The position numbers and the translations under genes were made by a program. This document shows, one piece after another, positions 49,216-61,898 of a DNA stretch of 64,000 nt. The notes under the pieces are model-generated. The model made no database searches. It was not told where the DNA came from and worked only from the letters and a program-made list of their open reading frames with translations. Numbering within the stretch: the stretch's first letter is position 1; every line of letters begins with the position of its first letter. Source of the DNA: Vermamoeba vermiformis (lineage: Eukaryota); the NCBI GenBank assembly GCA_045837725.1, contig JBEWZL010000061.1:62001-126000 (forward strand). Reading direction: 5' to 3'.

Positions 49216-49820
49216 ATACGAGTGCAGTATTATACCGAGGAGCTATCAAGGTTAATGGACAAGTTCAGGCTAGAGCTCTATTGTTGGGCAAGAAACGTTA
49301 TCAAACGTAACAAAAGTCAGCCAAAGAGGCCACGTGATTTGCTGTGGCGCAAGTCGGCAATTTGCAACTGTTTCTCCTGTGTATGCACAACACTGAACTT
49401 AATAAACTACGGTCAAGCGACAAGGATAGAACTCTTATGTTGGTGAATGGAGGTGCACTAGCAACAGGACCTTTGACTTGTGGCGGTGCGTGAGTGACAG
49501 GTGTCACTAGCGGTGCACGACCCTTTGGCGTCGCAGTATATCAAGCACCAGAAGTCAAAATTGTACAGCGATGGCTACAAATGCGATGTTTATAGTCAGA
49601 ATTACTTTCTAAAAGCTTGAGAAAAAATACATGGATCAGTAGTTTTTCAAGGTCTCGTCTTTCGCTGAAGCTTTGGTCCTGGAACTTGCTCGTGACCTTG
49701 TCACACGTTGCACTAAACAAGATCCAGTCAGAGACCCACTCCAAAAGACCAACTCGGCGCTGTAAGTCAGATGAAGGCAAAGTTAGTACTAAATGAAGAA
49801 TAGGTCCTCAGACGTACCAT

Positions 49821-51429
49821 CTACAAGTACTTCGGGTGCAATACTTTGAGCTGACTTTTGTTCTCGAACATTTTTCTAAATAGATCGTGCCAATCAATTG
49901 CCACACCAGGGATTTCAATGAACTTGCACACGTGAAACCAAAGCTCAATTGGCAAGCAATTCTCTTGGTCTCGTGCAATGTTGAATAAAGTAATGATGAC
50001 GTTTTGTACGCGTGTGTTTTGCTGTCGTCTGTTGCGTACAAGATATTCTGTTATTTGGAACTGCATTTCTCTTGGAACTGCTTTTGAAAACGCGCCAACG
50101 TTAATAAGTATCTCGTTCTCGCTGAGAATGTCTACCCAAAATGAAGCAACCGACTCGTCCGAAGCATTTTTGAGAGCAACAGTGTGAAGTGTCTTGTTCT
50201 GCCGTAGCTCGTTAGCTAAGAGTTCCATATGATAGTAATTAAAATTAGGGTCTTCAAGGTCGAGGCGACTGAGCGAGGTGTTGCTGCCAAAGACTTGCTT
50301 GAGGGTAGGATAGTGATGCCCATCGAATGCATTTCCGCGAAGGTCAAGCCACTCCAAGGTGTTGTTTTCTAACAACGACTTGCATATCTCGTTCATGCCA
50401 TCACACACAGCAACTGAATTGTTGGTCAACGAAAGTCGTTTCAATGACGTGTTGCGCTTCAATAATTGTGCCAAGGCGCTGCACGCACTGCTCGACAAAT
50501 TGTTGCCATCCAGCACCAACTCTTTTAGCGTTGAATTTCCTATCAATACTTCGCAAATTGCTGCGGTTGAGTCTTGATTGATTTTGCAGCGCTCCAATGC
50601 CAATTTAACGAGAGTTTTGTTCGTCTCCAGTAAAGTACGCAAAGCCACCAAGCATTTTGGGTTCAAAGGGTCTAAACCCTCCTGAAATTCCAGCGCCTCA
50701 ATCTTATGGTTCGTTTGTAATGCGTTGCAAATAGCTTCAAAAGCAGTCAATTCTACGTACGAAATTTTCAATCTTTCAATGGATGTGTTGCTGCCGAGTC
50801 CTTTTGCGATCGAGTGCAGACCAATGTTTGACTGCCGACGAAAAGGCATGCGTATATATAGGGACTTTACTGTCGTATTCTCAGCCAAAGCTTCGCCCAA
50901 CTCGGAGTAATCGTTGGTTCTAAGATGCATTAAATATAAGTGCGTGATCTTCTTGTTACTCTTCAGCATTCGACATAAACCTGACATTCCATTGTCGTAC
51001 AAAGGCACTGAATTAACAGTGAGCTGAGTAATATTGGTTTGATTCAACGCGTTCATTAAGATGCCCCATCCAGCAAAGTCGATTTTTCGTGCTGAATTGA
51101 TAGCAAAACACGTTATTTGAGGGTTTGCTAAAAGTGATGCAACTACTGTTTGAAAATCTCCTTGTGATAAATAATCGTAATTGGATGCGTCAATTAGTAA
51201 GGAGGAGGTACTGATCTTGAAAGGTGTTCCTGTTTCGACAGCTCGGTCAATATCATGGGGAGTAAAAACATCCTTTAATACCTAAAATAAATTAGATAAT
51301 GGAATATTGGATCGCCTTCAAAATATAAGGCCGTGGTAATTTTAAAAGAATATTTCGAAAACAGGATGTCATACAAAATTCCGAATTTGGAAATCCCCAC
51401 AAACTGCTTACACTTTGCTGTGTGGCCAT
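49821..51429 (-). CDS. RNI-like leucine-rich-repeat protein
   Basis: Repeated L..N.TL..L.L..N units; the frame stays open upstream to an acceptor at 51281; probable short first exon MATQQS (51412-51429). Confidence 0.8.
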
Positions 51430-51598
51430 TATAGCGACCCGTATTTTTATCTGATCGGTGATAAGGATGAGTGGTGCTCAACGCTGGATTTTTGATCTAA
51501 AATCACAATTTATTCAGACAGGTTTTTATGTACAACACTTAACAAAATTTTAACAATATTAATTTTCATCTTTAAAGATGTGGTCGCAACGACGAAGT

Positions 51599-54500
51599 TT
51601 AGTTCATCGTTCCTCGACATGAAGCGGCACCACATCTGCACGGTACTTTCTCATCTTCGATAGGGAACATGTAATCGTAGGCTATCTCCTCACCAGGCTT
51701 GATATCCTTCTTAGCGAAAATGATGATTTTCTTGCGTCCTTCGACGGACACAATGCGTGTGACGGCATTGGGCTAAACAAGAACGGATCAGCAACTCGAA
51801 CTCGATCTGCACCACAACCTCCTACTTACATCACAACAATGGTTGATAAATCTCGCAATGTTGCCCTTCTCGGTTGCGTCGACGATAATATCTTCGTCAA
51901 TCTTGAACATGTAGCAGCCAATGCCCTTCGAGTTATAACGGATCTCGCGCAGATCGGCAATCTTTTGACGAATTTCTTCGCCAACGTACTCGATAATCAT
52001 GTCGTTCTCCCTATTGAGTTTTTAGTTAGTATGTGATACATCAATAAACTAGCCATATTAGCGCGTACTTAATCTCTTGCTTGGCGAAAACACCCCACTC
52101 GTGGATCGGTGAGCGCATGACTTGAATTGTCTTGCTCAACTTCTGGCGCATTTGCCTTTAAGAATATTAGTATACAGTGATGTTACCATAGCGCAAGATA
52201 GTCACATACCTATACAACACACCGACAGGCAACTCTTTGATTGTGTCAGCGTTTTTGTGATCCTCACGGCTGTTGTTAATTTTACGACCAGCAAGACTAG
52301 GAACGAGTTTGTTATGAAGTGCTTGGAAGCCATAAGCACCCATGTACTCCATCTTCTCGTCGTTGTTCTTTTTGGAGTATGGCTCCGTGCGTGCACATCC
52401 AGAAGGATTAACCGGCAATTCCGTCTTGATTTCACGATTATCTATATGAAATAGTTAATAAAGCTGCCAAAGCCATGCGTAAACTAATGAGGTGAAGTTG
52501 ACTTACATAATACAGAGTGCAAAATCGTCCTTGGAATGCGAATGATCATATCATACTGGAAGTTGTAAGCACGACAGAGACGAGCATTAGGCAGCTTCTC
52601 AATCATCTTGGTGACCGTGGGGCTGCCCAAGCCGAAGAAGTATTCAGATCGCAGGTTGTTACGGATGAGCAACAAACGGCTGAGTGGCTCGACGTCCATC
52701 TTCTTGTACAGCTCAATATTCGAAAGCAATTCTTTGTACAGGTTGAATATTGCGCTATTGATCTTTTCGATAACTTGACGCCAAGCATCTAGCACAAAAA
52801 ATGTCAGATTCGATCCAGGATCAGCCCCACACAAAAAAAAAGGATGATGCATTTGTGTTCAGACCCTTAGATGTTATTTGACCACTCATAGATATCGTGG
52901 GTCGAAAGGTTTCATCATATAAATGCCTTTAAACAGAACCAAGCGTGAACTTCGTCACCGAAATCCTCGCATCTGGTTGCCGCAGAAAACTATTGTGGTA
53001 CTAGTCATGCACTTACCAGCCGCAGTCTTGCCAACAATCAGAACATCAGGGTCATCTTCGCAGGTAATCTTGAAACAGGGTTCACCATCAATCTCGAAGA
53101 TCTGCATTCGGTAAAGACAGCGGGGCAAAAACAGCTTCGGCAAGCGGATCATGTCGCGGTGCGCTGGTTTCTTGCGCAACTTTCGACCGACACGAATATT
53201 GCGTCGTCTTATGACATCGTCGTCACGTTCAATCTTCCAACTCCAATAGATACGTGAGCTTGTATAATGAAGAGGGAAAATGTAATCCGCAGTGCTGAAA
53301 GCCTTTTTGTCGTGCACAATTTGGCCTAGATTTCGCACGGAAAGAGCTCCGACACGCGCCTAAATCTTGGTTAGAGCCCTACCTAATACGAAACGCTAAT
53401 GATAAGAACTTACCAGGAGGTCTTGCGGAGGTATTTGAGGTGTCAACTTTGACTTCTTGCCGGCGAGATTGATTTTCTGTGGCACGAGCTTCTTGTTCTG
53501 GGTGAAAGACGACTTCATCACACTGTGAATAACGCGGTTTGGATTGGCAGGATCTTTGGCCTCAGACTTGATAATCGAGGTAGGTGCGTGTGCTTCGCAG
53601 TTGACAAACTTATCTTCGGGACTAATCGAGAATCTGCAATTAGCCTTGATAGCGCAGTTGAAGTGGTAGTTCTTGGAACAGCGCACTGAGTTGCAGCTAA
53701 CGGTGGCACCAACTCCTCGGCACAAATCGCAAACTGTAGTTTTGGCACGATGAAGCGCCTTCCAAATGTTAATCAAGTCGCCTTCCTCGCTCTCGAAGAC
53801 TTCAGAGGACCACGAGGCACAGTTGCTGTGCACCCACGTGTACATTGTCAAGAAGAGAAGACGACCGCGCACTGCCAAATCGCCTTCCTCCCTGCACAAA
53901 GCACACTTTCTCGTGTCTTTTGTGTGAGGATGAACACGTTTGTCAAGCGATGTAATAGTAAGGCAGTTCACCTCTACATCGTCCTTTTGAGCTTTTGGTT
54001 CAGCAACAGCCGTAGGTTCTGCTGACAAGTCCAAAGTCTTCTTGTAGTTCCACACTTTGTTCAAGGCAGGACCGTTTTCCAAACGAGAGATGGTGTTCAA
54101 TGTAAGCGGGGTGTTCTCGTTGATTTCAGCCGAGTTGAAGTAGTCCGCAGTTCCTCTTATCAACTTGTTTGAACCAAAATAGTGCAAAGATTTCTTAGGA
54201 CGACCAACAGGACGCTTGGTGCTACCATCAGCAAAGCCTGACGCAGAGCGAGAAAGGATCGGAGTGCCGAACGAATCGCGCAACTTGGGTGGACGTCCTC
54301 GGCCTCTCTTCAGTAGAGAGCCCTCTGAAGCAGCTGAGTTCGATGATACAGCAAGCGGGCGAGGTCCTTTGAACTCTGGATCTTCATCAACCGAGCTAGC
54401 TGTCATCTTGTCGTCATCGTGAACTGCATGCTCAGTAGCTTGATATTCGAAAATGAAATCCTCTGACTTCGGGATTTTTCTTGGGCGTGTAACGATTCGC

Positions 54501-57500
54501 CGAGGCTCTGTTGGCTCTGCCTTGGGATTTCGTTCGGATGCAGGTCTAGGAGGGCGAGGCTCGCCAATGGGATACTTTCGGGGTCTGCCTCTGCCACGCT
54601 TCGCTTGTAAAGTCTCCAATGTTGCGTTGGACATCATTTCAGGAGGTCCGAGGCTGGTTACATCAACCAAAGTGGTCGGCGTTGTCAAAGATAGTAAGAG
54701 ATCATTCGTGGAATTCGAAATCTCATCCTGAATAAGAGGCACGGGAGACGGATCACTCTCTAATAGCGGCGAAGGGCTTGCAGACGGAATGCTTTGCGGA
54801 GGAATAGGAGTTCCAGACTGAGGTGGCGGGCTCTGTGAGGTACCAGGCTGAGGTGTGCCAGATCTGTTCTTCGGGGGACGGCCACGACCTCTCTTTGGAG
54901 TATCGCCTTCAGGTGGTGGCGGTGTTGGTGTTTCAGAGGGCGGGTATTTGCGTGGGCGACCTCGTCCTCGCTTGGTCGGCGTTGGGCTCAAAATCTGGGT
55001 TTGTCCATTCTGGTACGAGTTGAGCATTGGTAATTGGGAAGGAGGGGACTGGTGCATTGGAGAGATTACTCCAGGAGTGCTTTCGGGAGAGTGGAAAGGG
55101 CTCTTTTGGTTGAACGGGTCGATTGGGTTAAGTGAAGGGGAATTGGCGTTTTTGTAGAATCCTGGGTCGCTGAATCCCGTCGGCTTGAGGATACTGTCGG
55201 GAGGGCTCGAGTGGTGCGGTGAGTTTGGTATGTGCTCGAAGCCAATGTGAGATGGACCAAGTTTGGGAGAGTTTGAGAAGGTGGTTTGTCGTGCGACCTG
55301 CTGGATAATCGGTCTTGAAGCATACGCGGATCCACTATCGAAGAAATCCATATGCGTCAGATCCGATGTCCTGTTCATACCAAAATTGGACATCATATCT
55401 CCTTTGTGGTTATAGACCGATGTTGATGGAACATTCGTAACATGGCTCTCATAAGGCATGGAATATTTTTGCGAATACGCTTCAGGAGCTTGGTTGTGGA
55501 ACCCCGTGTTGTATCCGGAAGTGGGGTACATAGACAACAACGAAGTGTCGGGATCAGTTGGGCGATGGCTCAAATAGTCGTGCATGTCTGGTGCTCCACT
55601 ATACATATCATGCTATTCAAAAGAGTTAATCGTTGTCACTTTGAGAGGCTAAGTTTTAACTCGAACTTACCATTTCAAAAGCGGGGAACGTGTCCATTGT
55701 ACGCATTGGCATAGCCTGTTTATGACCAAATAAATCATCTTCATCGTGATGCATGGACTGTCTATGGGCGTGATAAGACGGAACTTGATTATGATTAGCT
55801 TCGTCATCAAATAAGCGCACCGAGCTGCTGGTCGGGTACTCGGCTGTAGAGTGGCCATTATACATTGTCGCGTTCGAAAAGCCGTTGGGAATATTGATGG
55901 GCATGCTACGGTCGCTACTCTCTTCGCTGATATCTACAAAGTCGTCTTCCATAGCATGCTTTTCTCGTTCATAGTACTCATTCGGCTCAGTGTTTCGGGT
56001 CGCTTGCGGCTGAGCTTCAGCTTGGGCAGCCACCGGTGCTGCCGTTGATACCTCCTTAGCTGCAGAGACAGTTGAAGCTGCTTCGCGAGCAGTCTCTTGT
56101 ATGGCAACAGGCTTTTTCTCCACGGCAGGCGGTGCAGCAGCAGTAGGAGCTGGAGAGACAGGTCTCTCTGGTTTCTCTCCGTTGGTTGATGATGTTAATT
56201 GCCTGCGTGAACTACGAGTAGCAGGATGAACGTTGGATGGAGGTGGCTGAGGTTTCATCGGCGAAGCTTCTTTCTTCTTCTTTACTGATCGTCTGTTTAA
56301 TAAGTGCTTCTCGGCGTAAGGGCTAACGGTGAAAATTCCCTTTCCGAGTTTCTTGAAGCGAGCCTTATCGCCATACTTGTTGATCTCGCAATACAAATTG
56401 CTACCCATGGTCCGCTCGGGAGTTTTGCCCTCAGTTGTAATGTAACCTTCTTTAATACATATCTCCGTTATCTTGTTTACGCTGAGCGGCTTGCCGGCTT
56501 TTTTGAGAACCATGAAAGCGGCGTCTTTGAAACTATATTCACTCAATCGTTAGTGCACTGCTAAAAAAACCTTCGGGGGTTCATACCTATAAGCTCCGTT
56601 TGACCGCTTAGTCTTATCATCTTCACTCATGTCGTAATCTTCAATTCCAGAAAGGCTAGTCTCCTCGATGTCCATCTTATCGTCGGACATGATTTCAAAG
56701 TCTTCTTTCATCTCCTCTTCGTCCTCGGGCAAGAGGTTGTTATCTCCATCACTATTGTAGCTTGGTGGAGGGTCGGAATCCAAATCTATATCGTGCTCAT
56801 CATCGTCCTCTGGTGAAGCATCACTTTGCTTTTCGTATTGCGGCTCTTCTTTAATAGAGCTCGCAATCACAGTCGTAGATGGTGTGACAACGTCAACCAT
56901 TTCTGTCTTCTCCTCGGTCTTCGATATAGGCGCCTGTTTAGCAGGCTCTTGGACTGGTGCAGGGTCCGTCTCTTGCTTGTTGATCTTCAAAATTGTAGTG
57001 ATTGGAGGAGGGACAGGAGGCTTGTTTTTGCTTTGCTCGACTAAGTCCTGCTTAATTTCAGCAAGCTTTTTGTCATATTCTTGGCCGCAGGTCCAACACA
57101 ATGTGTACGAGTGAGTCCATCTAATTATAAGTTAGACATGTAATCTCCACGTCATCAAAAACCGCGGCACTTACTTTGCCCCAGGAGCATCTCCTGGTGT
57201 TCGTGTACCACATCGATCGCATTTTATACAGTGAGAGCAACGCCAGCTTTCGTTAGGTACTTGTTGCAAGGGCGGATCCAAACAGAATATATGAAAACAT
57301 CGATCACACTTTGACAGATTGTCAGTCATACGCGCCAATAAATTTTAACGGGAATTTCACTTACCTTATCGCACATAATTAATTTGTCCTCTTCGCTCAT
57401 TTCTAAGCATTGTTCGCAAAATTTACAGTGAGGGCAGCGCCATTCCGCCAGCGAGCTGAGATTTTCCACCACAACTTTGGGCGTCAAACAGAACGTGTGG

Positions 57501-58376
57501 TATGATTCTCCGCAGTCATGGCAATATATGAGGTTTGCAGAGTCACCTGTTGACCCGCAGACCAAGCAAAACTCCAACCGTTCCGACACCGGATCCTTCG
57601 AAGTGTAGTGAACTTCGACAATCGGAACCACAACCGTCGGTTCAAGTTCCAAGTGCTTTTTAGGAGACAACGTGGACGAAGCGCTCAATTCCGGGTCAGG
57701 CTTTGGTTGCGGAGATTGCACCGAAACCGTTGTGATCTCTTCCACTTTAGTTTCGGGTTCTGGCTCCTTAACGACGGCTGCTTGCGGCTCTGGTTTCGGC
57801 TCTTCTTTTGGAGGATCGATTTTCATCGGTTCTATTGCAGATTCGATCGGAATATAATCGTCCTCTTCTTCTATTTCGTCAAGATCGCGCGTCCCATCTC
57901 CGAGCAGGTTTGGATCGACCCCACGGAAATGCTGTGCAAAGTCTTCAAATCCGTTTACATGCCCTAAAAACACGCAGATTTAATCAGAATGATGAAAGAA
58001 AGCGAGTTGGCGGATCGAATTTCATGTCGGTGAAATCCATAAAAGGTAAAAAACCAGCGATTTAGTAATGAAAAAGACATAAAAATTATTAAGGATAGAC
58101 AAAATTAAGTGAGAAGGCATAATTTCAGTAATTACCGAAAACATTAATGTAATGTCGAAGCGCCAATTTACCAAAAAATCTCGAAAAGTGATTGCGTTTT
58201 AATAGCATACCTTGATTGGCCACGTTATTGTGAGAACCATTGACAAGTTTATCCGAATTAATGGCAATTACTTCTGACTTGATTTTAATTTGCTGATAAC
58301 TGCTTAGGGATCCCGAATCCATTGAATTGCCTATCAATTGGGCTTGTATTTCGAATGTTGACTCGTTCATAGCCAT
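51599..58376 (-). CDS. Trithorax/MLL (KMT2)-like histone H3K4 methyltransferase: PHD fingers, HARE-HTH, five AT-hooks, ePHD, FYRN/FYRC, Win motif, SET, post-SET
   Basis: [37 protein letters not shown] repeats; CALC..WVHSNCA.WSSEV; FGLG...[62 protein letters not shown]. Confidence 0.9.
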
Positions 58377-58714
58377 TATATTAATATGCTTTCAGTTGTC
58401 CGTAGTCTTTTTTTTTCTGCCAATCCAAAAAGTCTCGGGCTTTTCTTGATTGTTGGATTGCGTTGTTATTAACTGCCAAAGCGTGGACAACACTTTATAC
58501 GCGAGAGTAATATACGCGCATCGACAAAAAGCGTCCTTATTGCAGTTGTTTTCGCTCGTGATCTGGACGAAATGAAAAAAACGAACTGCGCCAAAAAAAG
58601 GACATAGCACTGCAAGTTTTGGGCATATCGCCTACAAAGCCGACAGGGTTGAAAAAAGTAACGGCTAGATCTCTGCATGTTATCAGCTCCTCCGAAGCAT
58701 CAGCCAGCAAAGCC

Positions 58715-60707
58715 ATGACCGATGCTAAACCCCCAACTTTGTATCGTGACTCTGGCATCGAACGCTCTATCAACATCAACGAGCATTCATCCCAGCGTCA
58801 GATCGCCATCCACGACTACTATGACATAGACAACACTGCCGAAATTATTTTAAAATACGATTTTAAGAGGGTAATGCATCGTTTTTAATATTTTTCTTTC
58901 GATTCGTGAACTTTATTAATTTTTGATGATTTATTTTTATTAATCCGTGTAGATCGCGCTCCAATTTCCTGATAGCTTGTTGAGTGATTCTTCAGCCGTC
59001 ATTGACGAGTTACAAAAGAAAACCAATAGAATATTCTTTGTTCTTGGCGACACATCTTACGGAGAGTGTTGCGTGGATGAGGTTGCAGCGGAGCACTTCG
59101 CCGCTGACTTTATTGTTCATTATGGTCGTACCTGCCTTAGCCCGTACGTACATATCACGAGGGGTTCTCGGTGCATTTGAGCAAGGTGATTAATAGTCCT
59201 TTTTTCTTTGGATACAGAACTCGCCGCTTGCCTGTGTATTACGTCTTCGGCAAGAATGAATTAAGCGTCGATTCCTTCATGGACCAAATGAAGAGCTCAT
59301 CGGTCCTCACGAAGAACGACTCAATTCTCATCTTGTACGACGTAGCTTACGAATATGCAATGGCCGATCTTGGCTCAAAGCTGCGCGACGAGGGCTTCAA
59401 AGCCGTTGTCTCAACACTATCGAGAGCGAATATCGACGACGTTGTCAAAAAGTCAACTGACAGTACTTCCAATGTAAATAGCACCCAACCTACTGAACCA
59501 AGCAGTGCGCACGAGTTCAGCGGACGAAAGTACACATTGTTGCCTGGCACGTCGATCTCGGACTACAAAATACTCTTTGTTGGCTCTCCTGAAGTAGTTA
59601 CTCTCAATAATATTGCAGTGACGTTTAACCGCAATGAAGTAAGCGTATCAGTATACTTTTTATTCATTTGGGTCTAACTAGTGGATCAGTTGTTCACCTT
59701 CGATCCGAAAACAAATGTACTCCGAAAAGAAAGCTTGAATGTAAATAGAATGTTAATGAGAAGGTACACTTTGATTGAAAAGGCCAAGGACTCAAACACG
59801 TTCGGTATTTTGGTTGGCACGCTCTCAGTTTGTAAGTTTCATATCGATCCTTGGCCTTCCCTCTCCTAACCACGTTCCTCCAGCACGTTATATAGATATT
59901 ATCAATCACTTGAGAACTATCATTAAGAATGCTGGAAAGAAGAGCTACACATTTTTAATTGGTAAAATCAATGTACCGAAGCTGGCTAACTTCATGGAGA
60001 TCGACATGTTCGTGATCGTTGCTTGTCCTGAAAATAGTCTGATCGATTCCAAGGACTTCTTCAAGCCCATCGTAACGCCATTTGAACTTGAAATCGCTTT
60101 AGTGAAGTAAGTCGCAGCGCCACAGATAGTCTTTGCGGTCGTCCTAACACGCTACTAGGGGCAAAGAATGGTCAAATCAGTACACGACAGACTTTAACCA
60201 AGTACTTGCCGAGAGAAATAATCTATTAGAGGTATTCACCAATGGCACGATGTATGGCTGTATGCACGTATTAATGGTTTTTGCAGACTGATCAAGAAGA
60301 GGAAGAGACACGTGTATCGCTTATCAGCGGAACTGTCACTATGAACCCCAAGTCGTTCAAGCCCAATGAAAGTACGTCCACAGGCATTGGCAATTCACAT
60401 ATGCTAATTATACGCTAGATATTTCGACTGATACAAGCTTGGCTACTGTTGGATCTGGAGAGATCACGATGTACTCAGGCGCACAATACTTGAGCCAAAG
60501 AACATTCAAGTGAGTGTCATACCATTAATGTGTGAGTTTGGTACTAATGCCATATTTAGGGGATTAGAACAACGAATTGGCGAGACGCCGGTGACACTCG
60601 CTGCGCAGGGAAGATCCGGTATTGCCATGAGTTATGAACAGGAGCCTGAGAAAAAGGATTGGAATATCGGCACAAACGATGTTTCCGAGGAAATAGAAGA
60701 GATTTAG
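58715..60707 (+). CDS. DPH2: Diphthamide biosynthesis protein 2, multi-exon
   Basis: [88 protein letters not shown]. Confidence 0.93.
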
Positions 60708-60995
60708 ACGATAAATCCGCGAACTTTAAATCTGCAGCACAAGATTTGGATTCGTTTCGGTGGTTAGCGGGATGACAAAGAGTTCGTACAATCAACGATT
60801 ATAAGCGAAATATTCTGTCGAGTCATGGAAGGTACTACAAGATTCTGTTAAGTTCCGTACGTTTCTATTGTTACTATTTTAAGCAGCTTCTCGGAGAATT
60901 AGTCACGAGATAGCAACTTTAAAAGGAGCATGCTATTTCAATGATAAAACATTTATACATAAATTTAAAACTAATCAACACAAACCCAAATCGCC

Positions 60996-61769
60996 ATGGC
61001 TCTTAGCAGATTTGCCAACAAAATTGTCGTCGTAACCGGTGGTACTGGTAACGTTGGCTCTGGAATCGTCAAGGGATTTCTTAAGCACGGCGCAACTGTA
61101 GTAGTCCCTTCCAGAAATGAGGAGTCGCTTCTATCACTGAAAAAATTTGTGCATCCGCACGAAGAAAAACTCGTCACCATCTGCGAAAGTATTGGAACTG
61201 ATGAAGGTAAGACTGTTGTCAATTTGTATACAAAAAAATATATAAATATCAATAATTCGATAGGGGCTGCCAAATTTAAGAAGGACGTCGAGGAAAAGTT
61301 TGGTCGCGTAGATCATTTCGTGTCAAGCATGGGCGCTGGTTGGTTTAAGGGCCCACTCTCGCAACAAAGTACCTCGGAATTCAACAAGGTAATAAATGAC
61401 CTCGCCGCTTCTCACTTTATTGTGGGTAAAGCATTCTTGCCTTGGATGTCGAAGCAAGAGGGCTCTACCTACACAATTATCACTGGTGCTGCAGGCGAGG
61501 GCATTTCCGACGCAAGAAGCTCTTTAATGACGGTTGGTGCTGCCACCTTATTTGGTATTTCAATGGCTTTCAGAACCGAGTTCGCTCAAGATCCTCTCCT
61601 TGTCAACGAATATCGCATTGCTGTTCGGGTTGTAAAACCAGAAGATGTAAAGCAATCATGGGAGAATTCCAACGAGGTTTTTGCCGAAGAATTCCTGCGC
61701 ACCTTGAACGAGGTGATCGAGAAGAAGACCCGATCTCAAGTGATTCGTTTGTCTTCATTGCCTAAATGA
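60996..61769 (+). CDS. Short-chain dehydrogenase/reductase, atypical; one in-frame 57-nt intron (61207-61263)
   Basis: IVVVTGGTGNVGSG Rossmann motif; FGRVDHFVSS; GTAAGA..TAG segment encodes a spurious AT-rich peptide; no YxxxK motif. Confidence 0.85.
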   Translation: MALSRFANKIVVVTGGTGNVGSGIVKGFLKHGATVVVPSRNEESLLSLKKFVHPHEEKLVTICESIGTDEGKTVVNLYTKKYININNSIGAAKFKKDVEEKFGRVDHFVSSMGAGWFKGPLSQQSTSEFNKVINDLAASHFIVGKAFLPWMSKQEGSTYTIITGAAGEGISDARSSLMTVGAATLFGISMAFRTEFAQDPLLVNEYRIAVRVVKPEDVKQSWENSNEVFAEEFLRTLNEVIEKKTRSQVIRLSSLPK

Positions 61770-61898
61770 GCCCGTTTGTGATTAGCATAGTCACGGTATT
61801 AATGACAATTTTTGTGGGTAGGAGGAATCCTCCCAGCAGAAATAGAAATAAATTGAAACGAAACGAAACTTCATGTCCAGATTTGACGTTTTCTCAAT

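Noticed and set aside
49222-49800. Several short ORFs between the hypothetical gene and the LRR gene
   Set aside because: No consistent splice model or recognisable motif.
56542-56587. Apparent frameshift between ORFs 56550-57101 and 55656-56546 in the KMT2-like gene
   Set aside because: Explained by a ~46-nt GTATGA..CTAAC..GAG intron that restores the frame.
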